The notes below the pieces were generated by a model. It worked only from the letters and a program-made list of their open reading frames with translations. It made no database searches and had not been told where the DNA came from. Positions 1 to 9,149 of a DNA stretch of 32,000 nucleotides are shown here, piece by piece (the stretch's first letter is position 1; each line of letters opens with the position of its first letter). Origin of the DNA: Halomonas sp. GFAJ-1 (GTDB lineage: Bacteria > Pseudomonadota > Gammaproteobacteria > Pseudomonadales > Halomonadaceae); assembly GCA_002966495.1 (NCBI GenBank), contig CP016490.1:2590454-2622453 (forward strand), written 5' to 3'. Made by a program: the position numbers and the translations under genes.

Positions 1-1422
1 TTTGATACCGCCTATCGCCATTACGCGGTGGCGTCGGATGCCACCGGCGTGGAGCTGCTAAAAAACCTGGACGCCGCCGTAGAGCGCTGTTACGACGAGT
101 GGTTCCTGGGCCAGCTCACCCGTAACTGGAGCGAGCGCGTAGAAGCCGAACAGCGGCTCACCCACTGGAAGCTGCCGAACATTCCCAGCCAGCAACACTT
201 CTACCGCGACTGGGTGCAGCCCCAGCTAGGTGCTAGCCGCCAAAAGCGTGTGGTGGTGGTGATTAGCGATGCCTTCCGCTATGAAGCGGCGGAAGAGCTG
301 CGTGAGCGCATTAATGCCAAGCGCTACAGCGAAGCGACGTTAAAAAGCCAGTTGGGTGTGGTGCCCAGCTACACCACCCTGGGGATGGCCTCGCTGTTAC
401 CGCACCGGGAACTCAGCTATCAGCCGGGCAGCGATACGGTGTTGGTGAACGGCCAATCTACCCAAGGCACGGCGAACCGCAGCAAGCTACTCAAAGCCGC
501 GCTAGGCGGGGAGGCGTTAGCCGTCACCGCCGACGAGGTAAAAGGCTGGAGCCGTGAAGAGGGGCGCGAAAAGATCAAAGGCGTGCAGCTGATGTACGTG
601 TACCACAACGTGGTAGATGCCCGTGGAGATGCCGCCAACACCGAAAGCGAGACGTTCGCATCGGTGGAAGATGCCATTGATGAACTGGATCAGCTGACCC
701 GTAAAATTCTCATGCACCTGAACACCAGCACGGTGCTGGTCACCGCCGACCATGGTTTCCTGTTCCAGCGTAGCGCCTTGGATGCTACCGACCGCACGGC
801 GCTGTCAGAAAAGCCAACATCGGCCTTCAAAAGCAAAAAGCGCTATGTGCTGGGTGAATCGCTGCCCGATAACCCCAGTGTGTGGCACGGCCATACCCGC
901 GATACCGCAGGCACCACCTGTGACACCCAGTTCTGGATACCCAAAGGCGCGCACCGTTTTCATTTTGTGGGCGGGGCGCGTTTTGTACATGGGGGCATTA
1001 TGCCCCAGGAAATTGTGGTGCCGGTGCTTACTGTTCAGCAGCTTCGGGGCGAGAAGGTGGAAAAGCGCACCAGTCGCAAGGTGGAAGTCATTTCACCCAA
1101 GGCATCGCTGAAGATGGTCAATAACATTCAGCGTTTTGAGCTGCTGCAAACCGAAGCGGTCAGCGAGCGCCTCCGCCCAGTCACGCTGTCGGTGGCGATT
1201 TACGCGGGCAGCGAGGTGGTTTCCAGTGAAGAGGTCGTGACCTTCGATAGCGCAAGCGACAATATGACCGAGCGCATGAAGTCGGTGCGCCTCTCGCTAT
1301 CAGGCACGTCATTCGACCGCAAGAATGACTACTTCCTGGTGTTGCGGGATAAAGACCTAGGCACCGAACGGGAGCGCTACCGGGTAGTAATTGATCTCGC
1401 GTTTACAGACGATTTTTTCTAG
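1..1422 (+). CDS. pglZ: BREX protein PglZ (BrxZ, alkaline-phosphatase superfamily), C-terminal part; 5' end lies outside the window
   Basis: Frame 1 is open from base 1 into ORF 28..1422. Motifs VVVVISDAFRYEAAEEL, VPSYTTLGMASLLPH and LVTADHGF are typical of the PglZ core. brxL follows directly, as in type 1 BREX. Confidence 0.85.
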   Translation, partial: FDTAYRHYAVASDATGVELLKNLDAAVERCYDEWFLGQLTRNWSERVEAEQRLTHWKLPNIPSQQHFYRDWVQPQLGASRQKRVVVVISDAFRYEAAEELRERINAKRYSEATLKSQLGVVPSYTTLGMASLLPHRELSYQPGSDTVLVNGQSTQGTANRSKLLKAALGGEALAVTADEVKGWSREEGREKIKGVQLMYVYHNVVDARGDAANTESETFASVEDAIDELDQLTRKILMHLNTSTVLVTADHGFLFQRSALDATDRTALSEKPTSAFKSKKRYVLGESLPDNPSVWHGHTRDTAGTTCDTQFWIPKGAHRFHFVGGARFVHGGIMPQEIVVPVLTVQQLRGEKVEKRTSRKVEVISPKASLKMVNNIQRFELLQTEAVSERLRPVTLSVAIYAGSEVVSSEEVVTFDSASDNMTERMKSVRLSLSGTSFDRKNDYFLVLRDKDLGTERERYRVVIDLAFTDDFF

Positions 1423-1494
1423 GCCAGTCATCAGCGGGAACGCTTTTATGTTTGTGCATTGTGCTTTTAACGTCGTTCAGGAGTGACCGCCCAC

Positions 1495-3567
1495 ATGGAT
1501 TTTGATTCAACTTCCGCCACGCAAGTGACTGACGCCCTCCAGGATGCCGATCTGGATACGCTGCTCAACACGCACTTTGCGGGCCGCGTGGTGCGTAAGG
1601 ATCTCACTCAACGCGTGAAAGAGGGCGCAAACGTGCCTGTTTACGTGCTGGAGTACCTGTTGGGTATGTACTGCGCCTCAGACGATGCGGAGGTGATCGC
1701 TACGGGATTGGAAAACGTTAAAGCGATTCTGACGGATAACTACGTTCGCCCGGATGAAGCGGAGAAAGTGAAATCCATCGTGCGCGAGCGCGGCAGCTTC
1801 AAGGTGATTGATCGTGTCACGGTGCGCCTGAACGAGAAAAAAGACCGCTATGAAGCGGCGTTCAGTAACTTAGGCATCAAAGATGCCGAGATCTCCGCAG
1901 GCATTGTTAAAGAGCACGAGAAACTGCTGGTAGGCGGTATTTGGGTGATTGCCACGCTCAGCTATTTTCATGAAGAGGGTCAGTCATCGTCACCGTTTGG
2001 CGTCAGCCTGCTCAAGCCAATTCAGATGCCCCACATGAATATGGACGAGCTGTTTGAAGGGCGGCGTGGCTTTACCAATACCCAGTGGCGAGAGGTGCTG
2101 ATTCGCTCGATTGGCATGGAGCCTGCCGAGCTAGATGAGAGCGTACAGTGGCACCTGCTGGCCCGGATGATTCCGTTTGTTGAGAACAACTACAACGTCT
2201 GCGAGCTAGGGCCACGGGGCACAGGCAAAAGTCATATCTATAAAGAGTGCTCACCCAACAGCATTTTGGTCTCTGGCGGGCAAACCACGGTGGCCAACCT
2301 GTTCTACAACATGAGCTCGCGTCGCATTGGCCTGGTAGGCATGTGGGATTTGGTGGCCTTCGATGAAGTGGCCGGTATCTCGTTCAAGGATAAGGATGGG
2401 GTGCAGATCATGAAGGATTACATGGCCTCTGGTTCTTTTGCCCGTGGGCGCGAACAGATGGAAGCCTCAGCCTCGATGGTGTTTGTGGGCAACATCAACC
2501 AAAGCGTGGAGTCGCTGGTAAAAACCAGCCACCTATTGACACCATTCCCCGATGCCATGATTGATGCCGCCTTCTTTGATCGCTTCCATGCCTATATTCC
2601 CGGCTGGGAAATCCCCAAGATGCGGCCCTCGTTTTTTACTCAGCGCTATGGGTTTATTGTTGATTACCTCGCTGAATTCTTCCGTGAGATGCGCAAACGC
2701 AACTTCGCCGATGCTATTGATCGCTACTTCTCGTTGGGTGACAACCTCAACCAACGTGACGTGATTGCGGTGCGTAAAACCGTGTCGGGCCTGCTGAAAC
2801 TGATGTTCCCCCATGGGGAATACATGAAAGACGATGTACGCGATTGCCTGGAATACGCCATGCAGGTACGCCGCCGCGTGAAGGAGCAGCTGAAAAAGAT
2901 TGGTGGCATGGAGTTTTACGATGTTCATTTCAGCTACATCGACAAAGAGACCTTGGAAGAGCACTTTGTGTCTGTGAAAGAGCAGGGCGGTGGCGGCCTG
3001 ATTCCAGAAGGCCAGGGCAAGCCAGGCGTGGTGCATACCATTGGCCTCAGCGATAAAGGCATGCCGGGGGTTTACCGCATCGAAATGCAGGTCACGGCGG
3101 GCAGCGGCAAGCTGGCCATGTCAGGGCTCTGGAACTCCACCGCCGCCAAAGAGCAGGTCAAAATGGCCTTTGATTACTTCAAGGCCAACGCCAGCCGCAT
3201 TAGCGGTGCCCGTAAGGTGCTAGAGCACGACTTTCACCTCCATGTGGTCGATCTGCAAAATAGCGGCGTTTTGCGTGACCTTTCGCTCGCCAGCTTGGTC
3301 GCGTTCTCTTCAGGCCTGGTAGGTAAACCTACTCAGAGCCAAATGGTCGTGCTGGGTGATATGAGCCTGGGAGGCAGCCTAAAGCCCGTCGCAAGCCTAG
3401 CGGAATGCCTGCAGGTTGCTTTTGATGCCGGTGGCAAGCGCGTCACCCTGCCCATGAGCAGCGCCATAGATATTCCCACCATCCCCGGAGAGCTGTTCAC
3501 CAAGTTCCAAACTAGCTTCTATGCCGAACCGATTGATGCAGTGGTCAAAGCGCTTGGGGTGGGTTAA
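1495..3567 (+). CDS. brxL: BREX Lon-like protease/ATPase BrxL
   Basis: Contains FAGRVVRKDLT..GANVPVYVLEYLLGMYC at the N-terminus, a P-loop GPRGTGKS, and a Lon-protease-like C-terminal domain. It is the last gene after pglZ. ATG 1495 is preferred over GTG 1483, because AGGAG at 1479-1483 overlaps the GTG. Confidence 0.85.
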   Translation: MDFDSTSATQVTDALQDADLDTLLNTHFAGRVVRKDLTQRVKEGANVPVYVLEYLLGMYCASDDAEVIATGLENVKAILTDNYVRPDEAEKVKSIVRERGSFKVIDRVTVRLNEKKDRYEAAFSNLGIKDAEISAGIVKEHEKLLVGGIWVIATLSYFHEEGQSSSPFGVSLLKPIQMPHMNMDELFEGRRGFTNTQWREVLIRSIGMEPAELDESVQWHLLARMIPFVENNYNVCELGPRGTGKSHIYKECSPNSILVSGGQTTVANLFYNMSSRRIGLVGMWDLVAFDEVAGISFKDKDGVQIMKDYMASGSFARGREQMEASASMVFVGNINQSVESLVKTSHLLTPFPDAMIDAAFFDRFHAYIPGWEIPKMRPSFFTQRYGFIVDYLAEFFREMRKRNFADAIDRYFSLGDNLNQRDVIAVRKTVSGLLKLMFPHGEYMKDDVRDCLEYAMQVRRRVKEQLKKIGGMEFYDVHFSYIDKETLEEHFVSVKEQGGGGLIPEGQGKPGVVHTIGLSDKGMPGVYRIEMQVTAGSGKLAMSGLWNSTAAKEQVKMAFDYFKANASRISGARKVLEHDFHLHVVDLQNSGVLRDLSLASLVAFSSGLVGKPTQSQMVVLGDMSLGGSLKPVASLAECLQVAFDAGGKRVTLPMSSAIDIPTIPGELFTKFQTSFYAEPIDAVVKALGVG

Positions 3568-3629
3568 GGTTAATGAGTCTATTGCGATGATGCATTCATG
3601 CTCTCGCACGCATTACAGGAGGCACTTAG

Positions 3630-3812
3630 ATGGAAAAATCTAATGAGCTCAGTGATGTAAAAGCAAACGGCGACCCTCTGCAGCGGCTTAAGGGCTCGGT
3701 TGGCAAATATGAGAAGCCATTTGAGCCTGTAGGCATTGAGGACTGGGAGGCTATGCAGATGGAAGAGCCTATTCCAGCCACCCGCACAGGTGATGAGCAT
3801 CCGCCGAGATAG
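3630..3812 (+). CDS. small hypothetical protein (60 aa); may not be coding
   Basis: Short ORF only. The acidic C-terminal stretch KPFEPVGIEDWEA is loosely reminiscent of antitoxin tails. No partner gene was seen. Confidence 0.25.
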   Translation: MEKSNELSDVKANGDPLQRLKGSVGKYEKPFEPVGIEDWEAMQMEEPIPATRTGDEHPPR

Positions 3813-3870
3813 ACACGCATTGCACATGCCATGTTAGTGAGCACATGGTCGGTAGGCGAGGAGCATAGCC

Positions 3871-4194
3871 ATGAAAGTGACTGAAAAAGTAGAAGTCGAA
3901 GCCGTCACCGATGTGGTGTGCGATGTATGCCTAACCACGACACGGGTAGCAGACGACAACCTTGAGTACGCCACCCTCAAAGCCCATTGGGGCTATGGCG
4001 CTCAACATGACGGCGAGCGTTATGAAGTTCACCTGTGCGAAAGCTGTTTTTTCAGCACGTTGGCTTACTTCAAACAAGAACGCCGTGTGCAAAATTTGTT
4101 CAGCGAAGATAGCGACAGAGAGCAGGCCTTCAATACAGATGACCGCCTGGGGCTAGTGGCGACGGATGACTATTTTGGTGATCATAAATCTTGA
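3871..4194 (+). CDS. hypothetical Cys-rich (CxxC...CxxC) small protein, possible zinc ribbon
   Basis: 107-aa ORF with GAGGAG 8 nt upstream of the ATG. Carries CDVC and CESC pairs. Confidence 0.5.
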   Translation: MKVTEKVEVEAVTDVVCDVCLTTTRVADDNLEYATLKAHWGYGAQHDGERYEVHLCESCFFSTLAYFKQERRVQNLFSEDSDREQAFNTDDRLGLVATDDYFGDHKS

Positions 4195-4476
4195 TAAGTG
4201 GTTTTGCTTCGCCTTTGGACTGAGTACAGAGGGCTGCTTAAGGCAGATTTCGACCCTGAGCGGACGTTCCCGAAACTATATATTTGCGGAGCCCTAAGCT
4301 CACAATGCGCGTTTTTCAGGTGCCGGCTGTAATATGAGTGCTCATATTTCTGGAGTATAATACTGTAAGTTTAGGTAAAAATGGTTTATGAAAAGGTGTT
4401 CTATGTTTATACGCAATTTTGAGAGAATGGTGATAATATTAACACGCATTCGCATGAATAAAATTGTTAGGCGCAC

Positions 4477-5028
4477 ATGAAATTTAGCGATCTTCTCGGC
4501 CAAGGGTACGACGAAAGAACCGAAATCATATATGCCAATCCAATTCGTGTTTATCTTCCGGAAACTCCGCTCAAGGTAATTGAGCAGGTCTACTGTCACC
4601 ACGGCAGAAAAGACGAGTTTCAGAGACAGTACGGAGAGCTTAATCTATCTGCCATAGCTTGGACCTCTATCACGTTGCCTGCCTCAGAAATAATTAAGGC
4701 TACTATCTACGAAGGTTTTATGCGTTGGTTCCGAAATGTTGAGTCCCGTACCTTGGAGTTTGCAGAGCGTGGCTGGCAGTGCATCGATAAGCGGAAAGAC
4801 GTAATTTCGCATTGGTCAAGGTATCAAACATGGTCGCGTCCACCTGTGTTCATCCAAGGGCTTACGCCGGGAGTTATCGGGGGACTGCACCTGATGGAAG
4901 GCCATACTAGAGTTGGCCTGCTAAGGGGCTTGGTAAAAGACGGAGTGCTTAGTCCGTTATCAAGGCATAAAGTCTTTGTTGGGCGTGTAGATGCGCCTAA
5001 CAAAAAATTGCATCAGACAAGCCGCTGA
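4477..5028 (+). CDS. hypothetical protein (183 aa)
   Basis: Clean ORF in a visibly AT-rich segment. No family recognised. Any ParB/Srx-like reading of LMEGHTRVG is speculative. Confidence 0.5.
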   Translation: MKFSDLLGQGYDERTEIIYANPIRVYLPETPLKVIEQVYCHHGRKDEFQRQYGELNLSAIAWTSITLPASEIIKATIYEGFMRWFRNVESRTLEFAERGWQCIDKRKDVISHWSRYQTWSRPPVFIQGLTPGVIGGLHLMEGHTRVGLLRGLVKDGVLSPLSRHKVFVGRVDAPNKKLHQTSR

Positions 5029-5057
5029 ATGCGGCGTTATACGTTTCTGGAGATACA

Positions 5058-5303
5058 ATGAGAGTTCTGGCTATCATTTCAAATGTTTTCTTGCTTATAG
5101 TGGTAGTACTACTCATCGTGGATAGTGGATGGCCATATGAATTAATTTATCAGTTAATGTTGCTTGTATTCTTTGCGGCCCCAATAATCAGTATTTTTGC
5201 TCTTGTTCAGTCAAATCTTGCTAAATCAGAAAGTTGGCTGGGCCTATTTATGCAACGGAAAAAGTTAGAAGAAAAAGAAAAGTTACGAAATTTACAAAAA
5301 TAG
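5058..5303 (+). CDS. small membrane protein (81 aa, two hydrophobic helices)
   Basis: Hydrophobic N-terminal 55 aa (VLAIISNVFLLIVVVLLIV, LMLLVFFAAPIISIFALV) followed by a Lys/Glu-rich tail. GGAG lies upstream of the ATG. Confidence 0.45.
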   Translation: MRVLAIISNVFLLIVVVLLIVDSGWPYELIYQLMLLVFFAAPIISIFALVQSNLAKSESWLGLFMQRKKLEEKEKLRNLQK

Positions 5304-5423
5304 ATAAATAAAACTGTATAACAATCGTAAGCAGTTCAGCCCTGCAGGCTCTGACGTCGCTTATCTCCGTTGCTGTTGTAAGCATTACCAGAGAGCAAAA
5401 CATCAATCAACGTCCCTCAAAGA

Positions 5424-6197
5424 CCGCTTCTGGCCGAGTAACGACGGCCCGAAATAGGCCGTCGTTCAGCCTCATCAAACTTCAGTCTGTTCTGCCATTT
5501 CTAACGCGTCATCTACCTCTATCCCTAGATACCTGACAGTGCTTTCCAGCTTCGTGTGACCCAGGAGCAGTTGCACTGCCCTTAGGTTTTTCGTGCGACG
5601 GTATATCAACGACGCTTTAGTGCGGCGCATCGTGTGCGTGCCATACACTGACGCATCTAAACCTATTTCGGTGACCCATGCTTTCACGATACGGGCATAT
5701 TGGCGTGTTGAAAGATGCTTTGCGCTATTGATGCGGCTGGGAAACAAGAAGTCTTCGTTTCTAAGTTGAGCAAGCTGTATCCAGTCCATGATAGCAATAC
5801 GCGTTTGCTCGGTTATTTCGAACTGGACAGGTCGATGCGTTTTTTGCTGCATCACGATGGCTCGTGGGGATATGCACGCACCATGGGCTATATCCCGGAC
5901 TCGTAAATTGACAAGGTCGCAGCCCCGTAATTTGCTATCAATGGCTAAATTGAAGAGGGCAAGGTCTCTCGTCTTTTTGGCAAGCTGTAGGCGCACACGT
6001 ATAGCCCAAATATCTCGAAGGCGCAGAGGCGACTTCTGACCAACTAACTTGCCTTTATTCCAAGGTGTAGGTGTACAGGAGATTTCAGTCACAACGTTCA
6101 TGGCATGTTCCTCCATCAGGTGGAGGTCAAAGAATGGCTCAATTCATGCTCGTCATGTGCTAAGGATAATTTACAATCGGTGCTCGACCCAAAGCGG
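5424..6197 (-). mobile_element. recombinase module copy 1 (~770 bp), bounded by imperfect inverted repeats
   Basis: Near-identical to 8195..8962. The ends are CCGCTTCTGGCCGA (5424-5437) and TCGACCCAAAGCGG (6184-6197). The reverse complement of the latter, CCGCTTTGGGTCGA, matches the former at 11/14 positions. Confidence 0.55.
5475..6101 (-). CDS. short tyrosine recombinase/integrase (catalytic domain only, ~208 aa)
   Basis: Catalytic pattern R (KLRGCDL), H-x-x-R (HTMRRT), H (LLGHTK) and Y (TVRYLG). GAGGA lies 8 nt upstream of ATG 6101; the ORF track starts at 6116 with no RBS. Confidence 0.8.
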   Translation of the reverse strand: MNVVTEISCTPTPWNKGKLVGQKSPLRLRDIWAIRVRLQLAKKTRDLALFNLAIDSKLRGCDLVNLRVRDIAHGACISPRAIVMQQKTHRPVQFEITEQTRIAIMDWIQLAQLRNEDFLFPSRINSAKHLSTRQYARIVKAWVTEIGLDASVYGTHTMRRTKASLIYRRTKNLRAVQLLLGHTKLESTVRYLGIEVDDALEMAEQTEV

Positions 6198-6364
6198 TTA
6201 TTCCAGGAAACGCAGCAGACGCGCGATTTTTGGAGATACAACCTAATGGAAATTGATGATTTTGAATATTATAGACTTTTACAGGCTGCATTTGCCGGAT
6301 AAACGTGCCGGAACGTTTTTTCAATCATAAGATGGGAAGTCTAATACACTGTTAGGCGTTTAAA

Positions 6365-7777
6365 ATGGATAGATGCGAGAAACGAATAGAGGCGGCGTTC
6401 CTTGTCCAGTGCTCGTCACAGGCTGCGTACGATTGGTTATTTTCCCGCAGGTACACTGGTGATCAGGGGCCGCCTAGGCTTTTCGAAGCCCCTGAGATTC
6501 TGGAGTACTTGTTGGTTCGCCGTAAGGATCCATTCATTGACTTGGCTATTGCACGCTTCGGCCACTCCCTACCAATGATTCGAAGGGTGTTCAGGCGAGG
6601 TAACGTGGGAACACGGTGTGCTGCTCTAGCGAATCTACATGTTGGGCCACGTACTCGTATGAATCGAATTAATGAGGGTTGGCTCCAGGAAGACGAGCTT
6701 AGGAAGCTTATTCGGAGTGGCTCAGAAGCAGAACTTGAAGCGTTGATTAAAAACAGATTTCTAAACGATGATGCGCTCGAATGTCTGCTTGAACGAAAAG
6801 AGGAATTTGCGGATATATCCGAAGAGCAATATATTAAGATGCTCATTTGGTTAGGGAAAAATCCTCGTATGTCGGCTGAATACGACCACAGGATTCTTGA
6901 CGGCTGGGCGGAGTCTAGTCATGCAAGAGTATTCTCGTTGGCTTGGGAGCTTGCGCGACATTTAGCTACAACAAAGACAAATGCCCGGGTGCTGTATGAA
7001 CTTCTGAAGAACACCGCGTTACCCGTTGGCTATGACAATCCTGAAGAAGTCTTGGAGCGATGGAGAATTGAGCAGGAACCCAAGAACGGACGCAGGTCAC
7101 TGGCATATTCATACTTCCTTAGAACGCGTCTTGCTGATGTTCTAAAGGCCGATGATAAACTTCTTTCCTCCAACGACCCATCGGAAAGAGAGTCGTTCTA
7201 CCGAAGATTCTACCCTTGGCAGTACAAGGACTGGCCCACGTTTATAGAGCGAGATGGCGGGCTTGCTTTCGATGCGATGGCTGAAAATAACGAATTGTGG
7301 CGTAACGCGGAGAGTCGGGAAGTATTACGCGATTTAGCTTGGAAAGTTCCCGATCCTCATTCATCTATGAGGGCTCCGAATACCTACAATGCTGTCGAAG
7401 AGCGTAAACTTAGGGAACATCCAGAATGGTTTGCAGATGAGGATTCGGAGTACAGCAATGCTCCGGATGCGATAGTCCGGCGTGTTGAGAAAAAAATGGA
7501 TAAGCTTGTAGATGCTGTCGAACCATTTTTGGGCAAGGATAATTATATCAATACCGTGGCGCAAGATATTGTAGAAAAAGTGGAGCGCTTGTCGAAACGC
7601 ATAGAGGATGCAGACACTGATAGTCAAAATGAAATTAGGCATGAACTCCATAGCTTGCGAGATGAACTGCATGAAACTAGAGCAATAACTCAACCGGCAC
7701 CATGTAGGTATACACGTGCGCCTGTTTGGCCATGGATCATTATCATTGGCCTTTTAATATTACTATTGCTGAAGTGA
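6365..7777 (+). CDS. hypothetical alpha-helical repeat protein with coiled-coil and C-terminal transmembrane anchor (470 aa)
   Basis: Long ORF. The C-terminus is VWPWIIIIGLLILLLLK. An acidic or coiled segment (VEKVERLSKRIEDADTDSQNEIRHELHSLRDELHE) precedes it. Confidence 0.6.
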   Translation: MDRCEKRIEAAFLVQCSSQAAYDWLFSRRYTGDQGPPRLFEAPEILEYLLVRRKDPFIDLAIARFGHSLPMIRRVFRRGNVGTRCAALANLHVGPRTRMNRINEGWLQEDELRKLIRSGSEAELEALIKNRFLNDDALECLLERKEEFADISEEQYIKMLIWLGKNPRMSAEYDHRILDGWAESSHARVFSLAWELARHLATTKTNARVLYELLKNTALPVGYDNPEEVLERWRIEQEPKNGRRSLAYSYFLRTRLADVLKADDKLLSSNDPSERESFYRRFYPWQYKDWPTFIERDGGLAFDAMAENNELWRNAESREVLRDLAWKVPDPHSSMRAPNTYNAVEERKLREHPEWFADEDSEYSNAPDAIVRRVEKKMDKLVDAVEPFLGKDNYINTVAQDIVEKVERLSKRIEDADTDSQNEIRHELHSLRDELHETRAITQPAPCRYTRAPVWPWIIIIGLLILLLLK

Positions 7778-8194
7778 AATATGCCTAACACCTATGAGCC
7801 TTCTCTCTGTCAATAGGCCGTAGGAGTTTTATTAGCCGCGCAAGCAGCCAATATCAAGCCCCTGAGCCAGTGATCCTACTTCATCTGTCATCATTGGCTG
7901 TAAGTGGCTTACAGCAAACACCTATTGAGGCACACTTATTGCGGTGGTTCACCAAAGGCTTCTGGCATGTAGGTCAATTCCACAGTAGTGGCGATGAGTG
8001 CTAGTGTAAAAGTTCATTGAGTCTTCTCCTGTTAGGTTTGGCCACCTTTTCAGCTTAACCAAACGGGCTGAGCTGGGGGAGAAGGATAAATGAGTATCAA
8101 TCCCATCAACAATGGCAGCAAAAAGCGCCGCTCCTTCGTTACCTGCTTTTTGCTTCTGGTTTTGGGCGGCGTTAAATCAGTGTTACCTAAAATA

Positions 8195-8962
8195 CCGCTT
8201 TTGGCCGGACAACGACGGCTAAGGATAGGCCGTCGTTTATCCATATCAAACCTCTGTCTGTTCTGCCATTTCCAACGCATCATCTACCTCTATCCCTAGA
8301 TATCTAACGGTGCTTTCCAGCTTCGTGTGACCCAAGAGCAGCTGCACTGCCCTTAAGTTTTTAGTGCGACGGTATATCAGCGACGCTTTGGTGCGGCGCA
8401 TCGTATGCGTGCCATAGATTGAAGCATCTAAACCTATTTCGGTGACCCAGGCTTTCACGATACGGGCATATTGGCGCGTGGACAGATGCTTTGCGCTATT
8501 GATTCGGCTGGGAAACAAGAAGTCCTCGCTCCTGAGCTGAGCAAGCTGTATCCAGTCGATAATAGCGATCCGAGTTTGCTCGGTAATTTCGAACTGGACA
8601 GGTCGATGCGTTTTTTGCTGCATCACGATGGCTCGTGGGGATATGCACGCACCATGAGCAATATCTCGTACACGTAAATTGACGAGGTCGCAGCCTCGTA
8701 ATTTGCTATCGATGGCTAGGTTGAAGAGGGCAAGGTCTCTCGTCTTTTTGGCCAGCTGCAGGCGCACACGTATAGCCCAGATATCACGAAGGCGCAGAGG
8801 CGCCTTCTGCCCAACCAACTTGCCTTTATTCCAAGGTGTAAATGAGATTTCAGTCGGAACGTTCATGGCATGATCCTCCATCAGGTGGAGGTCAAAGAAT
8901 GGCTCAATTAACGCTCGTCATGTGCTAAGGTTAATTTACAGTCAGGGTTCGACCCAAAGCGG
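8195..8962 (-). mobile_element. recombinase module copy 2 (~770 bp direct repeat of 5424..6197)
   Basis: Same end motifs as copy 1: CCGCTTTTGGCCGG (8195-8208) and TCGACCCAAAGCGG (8949-8962). The encoded protein differs from copy 1 at only a handful of residues plus a 2-aa indel. Confidence 0.55.
8246..8866 (-). CDS. short tyrosine recombinase/integrase, second copy (~206 aa)
   Basis: Same R/HxxR/H/Y motifs as 5475..6101. Uses the same internal ATG with GAGGA upstream (the ORF track starts at 8881). Confidence 0.8.
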   Translation of the reverse strand: MNVPTEISFTPWNKGKLVGQKAPLRLRDIWAIRVRLQLAKKTRDLALFNLAIDSKLRGCDLVNLRVRDIAHGACISPRAIVMQQKTHRPVQFEITEQTRIAIIDWIQLAQLRSEDFLFPSRINSAKHLSTRQYARIVKAWVTEIGLDASIYGTHTMRRTKASLIYRRTKNLRAVQLLLGHTKLESTVRYLGIEVDDALEMAEQTEV

Positions 8963-9149
8963 CCCTCTCGGCAACTGGTTCAGTTGTGTTATGCAGCCTA
9001 TTCATATCCATTTGCATTTAATTTCAATGGAATAGAACATAAATGATAGGCGGCATAACCTAAATGAACGCTCCCCCGTGTTCATTTAGGTTATGTAGAG
9101 GGTGTATAAACACCGATACGTGGGTACCTGATAATCTCAGAGGGTAATT
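8948..9149 (+). repeat. repeated leader unit A (attI-like): core TCGACCCAAAGCGG, GTTATGCAGCC box, 16-bp perfect hairpin, RBS
   Basis: Aligns by eye with 9900..10130. Shared blocks are tcgacccaaagcggccc, gtgttatgcagcc, aatttcaatgg, ataacctRaatgaac/gttcattYaggttatgtagaggg and ggtaattWtatg. The hairpin spans 9054-9069 / 9080-9095. Confidence 0.6.

Noticed and set aside
420-3609. Numerous 60-170-aa antisense or out-of-frame ORFs inside pglZ and brxL, and similar ones inside other long genes
   Set aside because: They are embedded in strongly supported long CDSs with recognisable motifs. They are typical GC-rich shadow ORFs.
5316-5381. Possible attC-like site (GTATAAC ... GTTGTAA) after the 81-aa ORF
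   Set aside because: The inner arms do not pair convincingly. Only the terminal boxes and a direct GTAAGCA repeat are shared.
5424-5466. TGGCCGAG stretch as a tRNA-Ser/Leu fragment marking a tRNA attachment site
   Set aside because: Only ~8 nt resemble a D-arm. The following sequence does not continue as a tRNA.
7784-8037. Perfect GCCTAAC (7784) and GTTAGGT (8031) boxes as one attC
   Set aside because: They are ~250 nt apart, far beyond normal attC length, and the adjacent arms are not complementary.
5475-8881. The two 206-208-aa recombinases interpreted as integron integrases (IntI)
   Set aside because: They are about 110 aa too short and show no IntI-specific additional segment. Only generic R/HxxR/H/Y tyrosine-recombinase motifs are visible. 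They are kept as non-IntI recombinases.
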